Part shown: positions 46,710 through 57,341 of the stretch, one piece after another
How the letters are laid out: each line of letters starts with the position of its first letter
How positions within the stretch are numbered: position 1 is the first letter of the stretch
Assembly: GCA_002787155.1 (NCBI GenBank)
Contig: PCVY01000016.1
Coordinates: forward strand, 71,884 to 135,883
Direction of reading: 5' to 3'
DNA length: 64,000 nt
From: Candidatus Abzuiibacterium crystallinum
GTDB taxonomy: Bacteria > Omnitrophota > Omnitrophia > Omnitrophales > Abzuiibacteriaceae
The notes under the pieces: model-generated
Told to the model about the DNA's origin: nothing
Database searches by the model: none
The model's input: only the letters and a program-made list of their open reading frames with translations
Position numbers and translations under genes: made by a program

Positions 46710-46822
46710 CGGGTTCTCCTTTAATGAAGCGTTCGTGGGCACGCGGTGAAGTAAAAATATTCTTTTCAATCGTGGGTGTTAGGGAGGATTTACTTATATC
46801 AAATATATGATGATAAATCAAG

Positions 46823-47443
46823 CTATTTTTTAGATTTACCAATCTTATTCTCGGTCCCGCGGATGAGACGAGTAATGTTACTTCGATGCGTATAGACAAT
46901 AAAAATAAAGAGTAAGACAGCGATGATCATAATAAAACGGAATTCTGACACATGCCGGTAAAAGAGGAAAAGGAAGATTTGAAAACTAAACGCTGCAACC
47001 ATTGATGAAGCAGAAACAAATCGGGTGAGAACAGCAGTCGCGATCCAGACCAATAATGCTAATAACACAGCCAAAGGAAAAATTCCAAGAAAAACACCGC
47101 ATGAGGTAGCGACCCCTTTACCTCCCTTAAACTTAAGCCAGATCGGCCATGTATGTCCGCCAATTGCGAGCAGACCAAACACCAACTGCCATATGATTAA
47201 TGAGTCGTGAGAAGAAAGGCGGTAAGCCAGCGGCACTATCACCGCCGAAACAATAAGTCCTTTAGACATATCCAGTACAAGCGCAAGACTTCCCCAGCCT
47301 TTTCCGACTGTCCGAAACACATTAGTTGCGCCCACGTTACCGCTTCCGTGTTCACGAATATCAATGTGTTTCACCAACTTTCCGATGAGGAAAGCATTTG
47401 GGATTGACCCGATTAAATAGCTTAAAATTCCCGCCAAAATCAT
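46823..47443 (-). CDS. plsY: Glycerol-3-phosphate acyltransferase PlsY
   Basis: HGSGNVGATNV motif. About 5 transmembrane helices. 206 aa. Confidence 0.85.
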   Translation of the reverse strand: MILAGILSYLIGSIPNAFLIGKLVKHIDIREHGSGNVGATNVFRTVGKGWGSLALVLDMSKGLIVSAVIVPLAYRLSSHDSLIIWQLVFGLLAIGGHTWPIWLKFKGGKGVATSCGVFLGIFPLAVLLALLVWIATAVLTRFVSASSMVAAFSFQIFLFLFYRHVSEFRFIMIIAVLLFIFIVYTHRSNITRLIRGTENKIGKSKK

Positions 47444-48780
47444 TTAACTTCTTCTTCTCGGATAAACAGTTCAATAGGTGTTCCTACAAATTTGAACTGC
47501 TGCTGAATTTGATTTTTAATAAACATGCTAGATTCATTTTTTAATTGCTTCACACGCCGCCCAACAAGTAAAAATGAAGGGGGAGCAGTTTTGATCTGGG
47601 TCAAATATTTTAACTTAATATTCTCTTTAAATGGATGGTTATTTTTTAATTCAAACAAGAAATCATTTAAAGTTTTGGTTTTAATGGAGCGCCTGTAATT
47701 AGCGTGCGCTGTTTGTGCTGCTAGTAATGGGTGTGTGATGGATCGCTTTGTTTTAGCCGAAATAAAAGCAATTTCAAACGGTCGTAAAAACGGAAGGCGT
47801 TGAAAAATATGGTTTGCATACCTGGCTTGTTCAACACCCTTCACCAAGTCCCATTTATTCATGACCAGGACACATGGTTTTTTAGCATCACGAACAATGT
47901 CTAATATTTGCTTGGTGACGCGGCCGATTCCTTTCGTGGCATCACAGACCAGTAGGCAAACTTCTGATTCTTGAATTGATTTTCTCGCCCGCGCCATACT
48001 GAAGTACGTGGTGGTATCTTTAATCGTTGTTTTTGGCCTGATACCTGCCGTATCACGAATTAGAATATTTTGTTTTTGAAAGGTCAGCAATTCTGAGACC
48101 ACGTCCCGTGTGGTTCCGGGAATGTCGGATACAAACATCCTGTCTTCGTTCAGCAAAGCATTAAAATAAGACGATTTACCGCTATTAGGCTCACCGATGA
48201 TACAAATTGAAAATTGAAAATGAATTGAAGGCGGTAACTCCATGATTTCCGGTAGTCTTGATTTGATCGACTCATTAAGATCTGCGATTCCTAGTCGATG
48301 TGACGCTGAGACTTTGACTAAATGTTGAAATCCTAATCGATAAAAGTCATCCCCCAAGACCGCCTGGTCCGCACTATCTATTTTATTAATGACCAAAATC
48401 ACTTTCTGCTGATGTGTTCGCAAAGCATCGGCTATTACTTCATCGTGCGGATGTAGACCGCTTTGCCCATCGCAAACAAATAAAATAAGATCAACCGATT
48501 GAATGAGGCCGTAGACTTGCTGATTTACCTGGTCATGAAAGGGATCGCTCGGACGATGCGTCACCCCTCCTCCGTCAATAAGGGTATAAATAAGATTAAC
48601 GGCTTTTGCCGTCGCGCTTAGATAATCCCGAGTGGTATGCTCCGTTTCATTAACGAGGGAAAGTTTCTTCCCCACCAATCGATTAAATAGAGAGGACTTC
48701 CCTACATTGGTCCTGCCTAATAACAGCACAGTCCCTTTACTTTTCGTTATTGATGTTGTTTGGATCTGATTATTTGGCAC
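47440..48780 (-). CDS. der: Ribosome-associated GTPase Der/EngA
   Basis: Two tandem GTPase domains (GRTNVGKSSLFN and GEPNSGKSS) plus a C-terminal KH-like domain. Confidence 0.9.
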   Translation of the reverse strand: MPNNQIQTTSITKSKGTVLLLGRTNVGKSSLFNRLVGKKLSLVNETEHTTRDYLSATAKAVNLIYTLIDGGGVTHRPSDPFHDQVNQQVYGLIQSVDLILFVCDGQSGLHPHDEVIADALRTHQQKVILVINKIDSADQAVLGDDFYRLGFQHLVKVSASHRLGIADLNESIKSRLPEIMELPPSIHFQFSICIIGEPNSGKSSYFNALLNEDRMFVSDIPGTTRDVVSELLTFQKQNILIRDTAGIRPKTTIKDTTTYFSMARARKSIQESEVCLLVCDATKGIGRVTKQILDIVRDAKKPCVLVMNKWDLVKGVEQARYANHIFQRLPFLRPFEIAFISAKTKRSITHPLLAAQTAHANYRRSIKTKTLNDFLFELKNNHPFKENIKLKYLTQIKTAPPSFLLVGRRVKQLKNESSMFIKNQIQQQFKFVGTPIELFIREEEVK

Positions 48781-49312
48781 GGTTCAATTGCTTCAGCTCG
48801 CGGAGAATATAAACGATACCCGAAGCAACTGTCAACCAAGCAGTTAACCACCAGATAGGCGGCGCCAATGTTGAGTTCAGTAAAATCAACAGAACTGTGA
48901 GCATTTGCCCAAAAGTTGTTAGTTTACCCAGCCAATTGGGTTTAACGATTAATTTGTTTGTTGTCAGTACGATAGTCAGAAGACCGCTCACTATGAAAAG
49001 ATCTCGAAATATAATGATGATCACAACCCAACTGGGCGGTTTAAGCGGCAGCAGTGAGTTGCTAATGGCAATAAAAGTTGAAATAAGAAGCAGCTTATCT
49101 GCCAGAGGGTCTAAAATGGTCCCTAGTGTGGTGCGCAAATTCCACCGCCTGCAGATAAATCCATCGATGGCATCTGTCAAGCTGGCAAAGGCAAACACAT
49201 ATAAAGCCCACCAACGATAATGCTCCTGTGCGGGCGTATAATAAGTGATTAATAAATAAACTACGGGGACGAGCAGGATGCGGAGTATCGTAATGTAATT
49301 GGGTAGAGACAC
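48770..49312 (-). CDS. pgsA: CDP-diacylglycerol--glycerol-3-phosphate 3-phosphatidyltransferase
   Basis: CDP-alcohol phosphatidyltransferase motif DAIDGFICRRWNLRTTLGTILDPLADKL. Confidence 0.8.
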   Translation of the reverse strand: MSLPNYITILRILLVPVVYLLITYYTPAQEHYRWWALYVFAFASLTDAIDGFICRRWNLRTTLGTILDPLADKLLLISTFIAISNSLLPLKPPSWVVIIIIFRDLFIVSGLLTIVLTTNKLIVKPNWLGKLTTFGQMLTVLLILLNSTLAPPIWWLTAWLTVASGIVYILRELKQLNRAK

Positions 49313-49324
49313 TGCAAAATTCCA

Positions 49325-52300
49325 CTATTGGAGTGCTTCGTTTAGCTGTTTTTGTACTTTTTCGTCCTGGTGTTCAATGGTTTCGCTATCTTGTCCAACT
49401 TTAACTGAAACAATCTTTGAAATCCCCGCTTCTTCCATCGTCACACCGTAAAGCGAATCACCCATGCTGATGGTTTTGCGGCTATGCGTCACAATAATAA
49501 ATTGTGTTGAATTGATAAATTCCCTTAAAACGCGGTTAAAACGTTCTGTGTTTGCTTCGTCTAACGGTGCATCAATCTCATCAAGAACGCAGAATGGAGA
49601 TGCTTTAATTTTAAAGAGCGCAAACAAGAGAGCAATCGCTGTTAAGGCTTTTTCTCCGCCTGATAGCAGGGTAATGTGCTGGGGTTTTTTTCCGGGCGGT
49701 CGCGCCACGATATCAAGACCTGATTCTAAGGGATTTGTTTCATCGATTAAAACAAGATCAGCATGACCGCCTTGAAACAAAATCTTAAAGTATGTATTAA
49801 AATTTTCTCTGACCATTGTCAGCGTTTCTTGGAATAACTCTTTCGTTGTTCGATTGATTTTACGAATGGCTTCCAATAAGGCATCTCGCGAGTCTTCTAA
49901 ATCTTTCTTTTGCGTCGTGAGAAAATCAAAACGCTTTTTGAGTTCATCGTATTCTTCAATTGCCATTAAATTGACAGCGCCAAACTGTTCCACCTTCCCT
50001 TTTAGGACTTCAAGCCGTTGGGTGCTCGTTTCAAGGTCTAAGGCCGGGTCGTAGTAACCCTGGAGCAACTGTTCATCCGCTTGAATATGGTAGGTATTCC
50101 GAACACGTTCAATGGCGGATTTTTTATGGTATTCCAGCTCAATTTCCCTTTTCTCTTGTTGATAAAGGTCATTTTGCTCTTGCTGAACGATTATTTGCTG
50201 TTCGTCACGCTTGGTTTCAATTTCTTGACTTCTTTGGGCTGACTCACCTCTTTTTTGAGAGCAACGCTGGACTTGTGCGGTTACTGTAATTAGGTCTGCC
50301 TGCAACGCCTGTTGATTTGCCGAAAGATCCATTGTGAGCTGCTCGAGTCTAATAAGGCGCTCCTCAAGTGCATGTTGCTCTTTTTCAAGAGATTCATTGC
50401 GATGAACCAAGTCTTCATGATTCTTGGTGAGCAGATCTTGTTGAGACTTGATACGCTGCTCTGTTTCGCAGTGGGTTTCCAGCTTGATTTGCGCTTTCGC
50501 GTGCTGAATCTGCTTTTGTTCCTTAATGACCTGCACTGCTTCAATCGCCTCAGTAAGCGCTTTTAGCTGTGTCTTAAATTCACGTTCTTTTGCTTCTAAA
50601 CCCGTCAGGTTGGTTTGGTGCGCCTCAATTCGCTTATGACATTCAGCTTCATCGTCACCTAAGGCAGCTTGGTCATGAGAGCGAAGTTCCAGCTCCTGTT
50701 GATGCTTTTTGAGCTGCTCATGAATGTTATTTTTGGTTGTTTCGCAACGTTCAATGTGAAGCTGCAATTCCACGTAACGCTGATTGGTGGTTTGGATCAG
50801 CTGTTCGGTTTCCGCGAGTGTTTTTTCATTGTCCTGAAGTTCAGCGCTGAGACCACTCATCGTTTGCTCAAGGTGAGCCAACTTTTCTTCAATTTGCGCA
50901 ACTTCTACTTCCTGTGCTTTTAAATCTTTTAGGGGCGTCAATGAACCATTGCGAAGCGTCAGTTGAAATTTAGAACCTAAAAATATGCCGTTCTTAGAAA
51001 CCAAGCGAACCGTTTTTGACAGTTCCGAGTAGGCTTCGGATTTGTCTTCGTGAAATTCGTCAATCACATACACATCCCCCAAGAGCTCCTCAAACATGAC
51101 TTCGTAACCGCTTTTTACTTTTATTCTGTCAAGCAGTCTTGCTTCTTGAAGAGGTGAAATTTGATGCGCGTTCTGTTCGCTGAATGTATATTCTACTTGA
51201 TTTTTAATCAGAATGGACGCACGGTGATGCCCTTTACTCCGTAATTTTGAGATAAGAGAAACAGCATCTTTTGTATTTTCCGTGATTAAGGATTTAGAAA
51301 AATCAGAAAGGGCGGCTGCTGTCGCAACTTCGTACCCGTCTGAAATCTCCAACAGATCAAGAAAGGCGTGAACCGTTGTCTGCGTTTCTGAGGTGTGCAA
51401 TAGCTGTTTTACTTGCGAGAACGCCGGGCCGTGAAGCTGGCTCATCAGTTCTAGTTGGTGTAAAAACTCGGCTTTTTCCTCTTTTTGCTGCCCAACTTGA
51501 TCTTTTAACTGGCCCACTTGCGTTTGCAGCAACTCACGTTTTAGAGTGGCAGAGGAAAGAAGTGTTTTTTGATCAAGTAAATGTTGTTTCAGGGATGCGA
51601 TTTGATCGACAATTTTTCGCTCATCCCCAATCAATTCATTCAGCTGATTTTCTAAGCGAGTCCGGTATTCTTTTGTCTGCTGGCGGCGTTCGTTTAAGTG
51701 TAACACATGGGAAGCAATCCTTTGAATTTCATTTTTGACTTCGGCCATTTGGCGCGCGTGATCAAAACTGTCCTCAGAAAGTTGTTTGAATGCCAATTCT
51801 TTTTTGGCTATCTCATCGGTGGTTTGGGCTAGATTGGCATGCGCTGACTGGTACTGTGTTTCAAGTTCATGATGAATGCTGCTTAACTTATCATATTCGG
51901 CTTTAATTTGTTCAAGTTCGACAATCAGTTGTTCTAGTTTCTTGTGATTCTTTTCGAACTCTTCGGTATTGCGATTAATTTGAGATTTGACTTCATGAAA
52001 ACGTTCGCGGGTAGTTTCTCTTTCTTTCTGAATTGAACTTAGTTTTTCACCAATTTGAAGGCGGTTATGCTCTGTCTCAAAAAACTCTTTCTCCGCCACT
52101 CTCAACTCTTCCGATAATTGTTTGAAGGTTGTTTCCAATTCGGCCAGCAAGTTTTTATCTTTCTGCAGCTTAGCCTCTTCTTCCTGCCGCAGGAGATCGA
52201 GATTACCTTTTTTAAGATTTAGATCATTAATTTCATTAGCTAAAAGTTTAAGTTCGAGCGTTTTGAGCTCTTCATAATTGACTTTATATTGTTCTGCGCG

Positions 52301-52930
52301 CTTCGCTTGACGTTCCGCATATTTAATATTTCGCTCAACTTCTGCAATAATATCGTTCAAACGTAACAAGTTATTTTCTGTGTGGTCTAATTTACGAATC
52401 GCTTCTTCTTTTTTCACCTTGTATTTAGAAATGCCCGCAGCTTCTTCAATTAAAAACCGCCTCTCTTCGGCTTCTGCATTCAAGATATAATCAATGCGCC
52501 CTTGTTCAATCATCGAATATGAACTAGATCCTATACCGGTATCTAAGATAAGATTTTGGATGTCTTTTAAGCGGCAAGCTGTCCTATTGATCAAATATTC
52601 ACTCTCCCCGGACCTGTGGAGTCGGCGGGTCAATGAAACCTCGGTATAATCAATGGGAAGCGCATGGTCACTGTTATCAATGGTGAGCGTCACTTCTGCA
52701 AAATGAACCGGATCCCTAAAATCAGTTCCTTGAAAGATCACGTCTTCCATTTTAGAACCGCGTAGCATTTTGGCGCTTCGTTCACCTAGTACCCAGCGGA
52801 TAGCATCAGATATATTGCTTTTACCGCAACCGTTGGGCCCTACAATACACGTCACACCTTTTTCAAAAAGGAGTTCTGTTTTTTTGGCAAACGATTTAAA
52901 ACCGGCTAATTCGATTTTCTTTAAATGCAT
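49325..52930 (-). CDS. smc: Chromosome partition protein SMC
   Basis: 1201 aa. N-terminal Walker A GPNGCGKSN, long coiled coils, hinge, C-terminal LSGGEKAL signature and Walker B. Confidence 0.9.
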   Translation of the reverse strand: MHLKKIELAGFKSFAKKTELLFEKGVTCIVGPNGCGKSNISDAIRWVLGERSAKMLRGSKMEDVIFQGTDFRDPVHFAEVTLTIDNSDHALPIDYTEVSLTRRLHRSGESEYLINRTACRLKDIQNLILDTGIGSSSYSMIEQGRIDYILNAEAEERRFLIEEAAGISKYKVKKEEAIRKLDHTENNLLRLNDIIAEVERNIKYAERQAKRAEQYKVNYEELKTLELKLLANEINDLNLKKGNLDLLRQEEEAKLQKDKNLLAELETTFKQLSEELRVAEKEFFETEHNRLQIGEKLSSIQKERETTRERFHEVKSQINRNTEEFEKNHKKLEQLIVELEQIKAEYDKLSSIHHELETQYQSAHANLAQTTDEIAKKELAFKQLSEDSFDHARQMAEVKNEIQRIASHVLHLNERRQQTKEYRTRLENQLNELIGDERKIVDQIASLKQHLLDQKTLLSSATLKRELLQTQVGQLKDQVGQQKEEKAEFLHQLELMSQLHGPAFSQVKQLLHTSETQTTVHAFLDLLEISDGYEVATAAALSDFSKSLITENTKDAVSLISKLRSKGHHRASILIKNQVEYTFSEQNAHQISPLQEARLLDRIKVKSGYEVMFEELLGDVYVIDEFHEDKSEAYSELSKTVRLVSKNGIFLGSKFQLTLRNGSLTPLKDLKAQEVEVAQIEEKLAHLEQTMSGLSAELQDNEKTLAETEQLIQTTNQRYVELQLHIERCETTKNNIHEQLKKHQQELELRSHDQAALGDDEAECHKRIEAHQTNLTGLEAKEREFKTQLKALTEAIEAVQVIKEQKQIQHAKAQIKLETHCETEQRIKSQQDLLTKNHEDLVHRNESLEKEQHALEERLIRLEQLTMDLSANQQALQADLITVTAQVQRCSQKRGESAQRSQEIETKRDEQQIIVQQEQNDLYQQEKREIELEYHKKSAIERVRNTYHIQADEQLLQGYYDPALDLETSTQRLEVLKGKVEQFGAVNLMAIEEYDELKKRFDFLTTQKKDLEDSRDALLEAIRKINRTTKELFQETLTMVRENFNTYFKILFQGGHADLVLIDETNPLESGLDIVARPPGKKPQHITLLSGGEKALTAIALLFALFKIKASPFCVLDEIDAPLDEANTERFNRVLREFINSTQFIIVTHSRKTISMGDSLYGVTMEEAGISKIVSVKVGQDSETIEHQDEKVQKQLNEALQ

Positions 52931-53077
52931 TAGTTTAAGATCTCCTTATCAGGATTCATGCATGCGTATATTGTATCGTCCTGTACTCTTAAAATATTTA
53001 CACCTAAACAACAGATAAAAAAAGAGGACCGAGGATTGTCGGAAGCGCCCATTTGAGCGGCTGAGGCGGTATGAGGG

Positions 53078-54328
53078 CTAATTAAATTTCTTAAAACAAA
53101 TGGTTGCGTTGTGTCCACCGAAACCTAGAGAATTTGATAACGCGACATTGACAGGTTTTTCCCGCGCTGTATTTGGAACATAATCCAAATCACAATCAGG
53201 ATCAGGCGTGTGATAATTGATTGTCGGCGGAATGACGCTATTTTTTATTGTGAGAACGGTAAAAATCGCTTCAACACCGCCCGCAGCCCCCAACAAATGG
53301 CCCGTCATTGATTTGGTTGAACTGACCATAATTTTTTTGGCAGCCGCATCTCCTAATACTTTTTTAATCGCCAGTGTTTCAACTTTATCATTGAGCGGTG
53401 TCGATGTGCCGTGTGCGTTAATATAATCGACATCCGTCGGGTTAATTTGGGCACTTTTTAATGCAAGTGCCATACACCGCGAAGCCCCTTCCCCTTTAGG
53501 ATCAGGCGCTGTCATGTGAGAAGCGTCAGAGGTCATTCCGTACCCAACGATTTCAGCATAAATATTAGCATTTCTATTTTTAGCGTGTTCAAGTTCTTCC
53601 AACACAACCACGCCACAACCCTCCCCCATCACAAAACCGTTCCGCGTCGCGTCAAATGGACGTGAAGCTGTTTCTGGTTTTTCGTTGTGCGTGCTAAGCG
53701 CCTTCATAGCATCAAAACCGCCGAATCCGAGCGGTGTAATGCATGATTCGGTGCCGCCTGCAATCATGGCTTTTGCTTCCCCGCGCTGAACGATTTTAAA
53801 CGCATCACCGATCGCATGCGAGCCGGTTGCGCAGGCTGTCGCAACACAATTGTTAGGACCCTTTAAACCGTAAGCAATTGAAATTTGACCTGGTGCCATA
53901 TTAACAATCAACATAGGAATTAAAAATGGTGAAACTCGACCCGGACCTTTTTCTAAAAGCACTTTATGCTGTTCTTCAATGGTCCGCAAACCACCGATTC
54001 CAGAACCCACCAGCACCCCAATATCTGCCGGATTTTCTTTTTTAAGATCAAGGCCGGAATCTTCAATGGCCATTTTAGTCGCTGCCAAAGCGAATTGAAC
54101 AAATCGGTCATTTTTTTTGATTTGCTTGGCGGGCATAAATTGCTTGGGATCAAAATCGCGAACTTCAGCGGCGACTTTTGAATTAAAGTGCACCGCTACC
54201 TCGTTCGGAATCTGAGTCACTTTTGACGTGCCGCTGACACCACTAATGACGTTTTGCCAGGCGGTTTTGGCATTATTGCCTACTGGGGTCAAGGTACCAA
54301 CACCTGTGACCACCACGCGGAATTTCAT
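53078..54328 (-). CDS. fabF: 3-oxoacyl-ACP synthase II
   Basis: KAS II with the Cys-His-His active-site context ([28 protein letters not shown]). Confidence 0.9.
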   Translation of the reverse strand: MKFRVVVTGVGTLTPVGNNAKTAWQNVISGVSGTSKVTQIPNEVAVHFNSKVAAEVRDFDPKQFMPAKQIKKNDRFVQFALAATKMAIEDSGLDLKKENPADIGVLVGSGIGGLRTIEEQHKVLLEKGPGRVSPFLIPMLIVNMAPGQISIAYGLKGPNNCVATACATGSHAIGDAFKIVQRGEAKAMIAGGTESCITPLGFGGFDAMKALSTHNEKPETASRPFDATRNGFVMGEGCGVVVLEELEHAKNRNANIYAEIVGYGMTSDASHMTAPDPKGEGASRCMALALKSAQINPTDVDYINAHGTSTPLNDKVETLAIKKVLGDAAAKKIMVSSTKSMTGHLLGAAGGVEAIFTVLTIKNSVIPPTINYHTPDPDCDLDYVPNTAREKPVNVALSNSLGFGGHNATICFKKFN

Positions 54329-54382
54329 GGTAGGTATTTACATTAACAAATTTTTCACAGAAGGTCAACTTCTGATGAGCTC

Positions 54383-54622
54383 TTACTTAGAGGCTGTTTT
54401 TTCGTCAATGTATTTAATGGCATCGCCGACAGTTTGGATTTTTTCGGCGTCTTCATCCGGAATTTCTATGCCAAACTCTTCTTCCAGCGCCATAACTAAC
54501 TCGACTGTATCGAGCGAATCAGCGCCGAGATCATCGACGAATGATGCTTCTGGTGTCACTTCTTCGCGTTTAACACCAAGTTGTTCAACTATAATATCAG
54601 TAATCTTATCTTGAGCGGCCAT
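54383..54622 (-). CDS. acpP: Acyl carrier protein
   Basis: [19 protein letters not shown] phosphopantetheine-attachment motif. 79 aa. Confidence 0.9.
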   Translation of the reverse strand: MAAQDKITDIIVEQLGVKREEVTPEASFVDDLGADSLDTVELVMALEEEFGIEIPDEDAEKIQTVGDAIKYIDEKTASK

Positions 54623-54638
54623 CAGTTAACCTCCTTGA

Positions 54639-55385
54639 TTATGTCAACATTCCACCACAAACTTGAATGACTTGTCCGTTAATGTAACCTGCTTCATCTG
54701 ACGCTAAAAAGAGAGCAGTATTTGCAACGTCTTGCGGACTGCCAAGGCGTGCCAAAGGTATTTGACTTAAAAGTGCTTGTCGATGCTCTTCCTTTAACTT
54801 GTCTGTCATGGCCGTCTGAATGAACCCGGGGGCAATCGCATTGGCTGTCACACCCCGTTTTCCCAGTTCTCGTGCAGTGCTTTTCGTGATCGCAATCACG
54901 CCCCCTTTTGAGGCGGCGTAATTAGCCTGCCCTGCATTTCCCATCACACCGATAATCGATGCCATGTTGACGATTCGACCGTATCGCTGTTTCATCATGA
55001 TTCGTGAGACAGATTTAGTAAAGAGAAATACGCTTTTTAAGTTAATTGAAAGAACAGAATCCCAATCGTTTTCACTCATGGTAGCAAGCAATTGATCACG
55101 TGTAATGCCTGCATTGTTGACAAGTATATCGATGCGACTTTTGGAGTCAAGCGTTTTTTTAACAGTTTCTTCGACTTGTTTTGCATTCGCAACATCGCAA
55201 ACAAAAGTGAGTGAATCTTGACCGGTTTTGCTTTTAATATCTTCTCTGGCTTCCTGCAATAACGGTTCTTGAATGTCGCACAGCACGGGTGATGCGCCCT
55301 GCGCTGCCATCGTCATGGCAATGGCTTTTCCAATACCTCTTGCGCCGCCGGTAATTAATGCAACTTTATTATCTAACCTCAACAT
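54639..55385 (-). CDS. fabG: 3-oxoacyl-ACP reductase
   Basis: SDR family. TGGARGIGKA. YAASKGG catalytic motif. Confidence 0.9.
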   Translation of the reverse strand: MLRLDNKVALITGGARGIGKAIAMTMAAQGASPVLCDIQEPLLQEAREDIKSKTGQDSLTFVCDVANAKQVEETVKKTLDSKSRIDILVNNAGITRDQLLATMSENDWDSVLSINLKSVFLFTKSVSRIMMKQRYGRIVNMASIIGVMGNAGQANYAASKGGVIAITKSTARELGKRGVTANAIAPGFIQTAMTDKLKEEHRQALLSQIPLARLGSPQDVANTALFLASDEAGYINGQVIQVCGGMLT

Positions 55386-56314
55386 ACCTTCCCCTCCAAT
55401 TCCTTCACGAGTTGTTGAATGTCATTATCGGTTTCTATGTTAATAACTGAAGCAGTTAATTGATTTCTTTTCGCCAACCCTTTCAGCACTTTTCCGGGCC
55501 CGATTTCAAGCACTTGTTCAATGCTGTCTTGGTTTAAGGTTTCCATTGTCTTGACCCATTGAACCGATGAGGTTACTTGCTCATATAGGCGCAATTTAAT
55601 TTGAGCGGGGTCTTGGATGTAGGTGCCCAAAACGTTAGGAACAAATTTCACTTTGGGTGACTTTAAAGTGACGGAATTGAGGGCATCCTTTAAGCCTTGT
55701 TGAGCCGATGCCATTAATTTTGAATGGAAAGCCCCGCTCACTTTAAGCATCATGGCTTTTCCGTTCTGTTTTTCTGCTAGCCGGCAAGCTTTTTGGACAG
55801 TTTCCAAAGTTCCTGAAATAACGATTTGAGTTGGTGAATTAATGTTAGCAATTCCCGCGCCAGATTTGTCACAAATTTGCTGGCATTGCTCAGCCGTAAG
55901 TCCCAATAAAGACGCCATCGTTCCCGGATTCTCTCGGGCAGCTTCTGTCATGAGTTCACCGCGTTTGCGGACTAATTTCAACCCCTCCTCAAAAGATAAA
56001 GACTCCGCCGCTACTAACGCCGTAAATTCGCCTAAACTTAAACCGGACACAGCCATTGGTGCAAACTGGGGAAGTCTGGCTTTCAAAACTGCCCAAGCCG
56101 CCATGCTTGTAACAAAAATAGCCGCTTGGGCATTCGCTGTATCTGTCAATCGTTCTTCGGGGCCATTAAAACAAATATTTGAAAGCGATAAACCTAAAAT
56201 TTGATCGGCGCGGACGAACATCTCTTTTGCTTCAGGACAATTTTCGTATAAACTTTTCCCCATCCCAACATATTGCGCACCCTGTCCAGGAAATAAGCAT
56301 GCCGTTTTCAACAT
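55379..56314 (-). CDS. fabD: Malonyl CoA-ACP transacylase
   Basis: FPGQGAQ and GLSLGEF motifs. Start taken at MLKTACLFPGQG, which abuts the fabH stop. Confidence 0.9.
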   Translation of the reverse strand: MLKTACLFPGQGAQYVGMGKSLYENCPEAKEMFVRADQILGLSLSNICFNGPEERLTDTANAQAAIFVTSMAAWAVLKARLPQFAPMAVSGLSLGEFTALVAAESLSFEEGLKLVRKRGELMTEAARENPGTMASLLGLTAEQCQQICDKSGAGIANINSPTQIVISGTLETVQKACRLAEKQNGKAMMLKVSGAFHSKLMASAQQGLKDALNSVTLKSPKVKFVPNVLGTYIQDPAQIKLRLYEQVTSSVQWVKTMETLNQDSIEQVLEIGPGKVLKGLAKRNQLTASVINIETDNDIQQLVKELEGKVC

Positions 56315-56316
56315 AG

Positions 56317-57300
56317 TTACCACCGAATGATATTTGCTCCCCACGTTAATCCGCCGCCAAATGCAACTAGGACCACATGCTGACCATTTTTTAATTTACC
56401 AAACTTAGCAGCCTCATATAACGCAACAACTGTGGAAGCAGCGGACATGTTCCCGTAACGTTCGACATTGATAAATACTTTTTCGATTGGTAACTTAACG
56501 CGATCAGCCACTGCCTGCAGAATTCTAAGATTGGCTTGATGGGGTATTAAACAATCAATTTGCGCCGGGGTAATTTGAGCGCATTGGCAGATTTTTTGAA
56601 TGGCTTCATCCATTGTCCTGACGGCAATTTTAAACACATCACCCCCGGACATTTTAAGATATTGAAGTCCCTCTTTGATATTTTCAGATGTGAGCGGCAA
56701 CGCAGACCCGCCAGCCGGTACTTTTAAAATATCCGCCTGTTCACCGTCGCTCCCCAAATAACTCCCTAACAATTCAGGCCCTTTATCAGAAACGCCTAGG
56801 ACAGCGGCACCTGCCCCGTCACCAAATAACACACAAGTAGCACGATCTTTCCAATCAATAAAAGAGGATGTGATTTCAGTTCCAATCACCAAAATATGCT
56901 TATGCAAACCGCTTCTAATGTAAGCCTCTGCCACTGAGAGACCGTAAACAAATCCGGAACAAGCCGCTGATAAATCAAAGGCTGGGCAAACCGCTCCTAT
57001 TTTTTGCTGAATGACGCAGCCGGTTGAAGGAAAAGTCATATCGGGAGTCGCAGTTGCGACAATGATGAGATCAATTTGAGTCGCTTTTAGATTCGCCTGC
57101 GCCAACGCTTCAAGTGCAGCTTTTGCGCCAAGGTCACTTGCCGCAGTCCCGGGCTCTGCGATGTGGCGTTCTTGAATCCCGGTTCGAGTTCGGATCCACT
57201 CATCGCTGGTATCGACCATTTTTTCAAGGTCAAAATTTGTCAGCACTTTTTCCGGAACAAATGCGCCCAAACCAAGAATTCTAACTGATGATGATTTCAT
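56317..57300 (-). CDS. fabH: 3-oxoacyl-ACP synthase III
   Basis: KAS III with active-site Cys context AACSGFVYG. 327 aa. Confidence 0.9.
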   Translation of the reverse strand: MKSSSVRILGLGAFVPEKVLTNFDLEKMVDTSDEWIRTRTGIQERHIAEPGTAASDLGAKAALEALAQANLKATQIDLIIVATATPDMTFPSTGCVIQQKIGAVCPAFDLSAACSGFVYGLSVAEAYIRSGLHKHILVIGTEITSSFIDWKDRATCVLFGDGAGAAVLGVSDKGPELLGSYLGSDGEQADILKVPAGGSALPLTSENIKEGLQYLKMSGGDVFKIAVRTMDEAIQKICQCAQITPAQIDCLIPHQANLRILQAVADRVKLPIEKVFINVERYGNMSAASTVVALYEAAKFGKLKNGQHVVLVAFGGGLTWGANIIRW

Positions 57301-57341
57301 TCGATTCTTTCACAACACGGACAACAGCGAATGTTTCATAT

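Noticed and set aside
46636-46899. 87-aa minus-strand ORF overlapping the PC4-like gene and the plsY 3' end
   Set aside because: It overlaps two better-supported genes and has no RBS or motif.
54329-54382. Hairpin CAGAAG-ttgac-CTTCTG between acpP and fabF (minus strand) as a terminator
   Set aside because: The stem is only 6 bp with a weak U-tract. At most it is a partial attenuator, comparable to the known partial terminator after acpP in E. coli.
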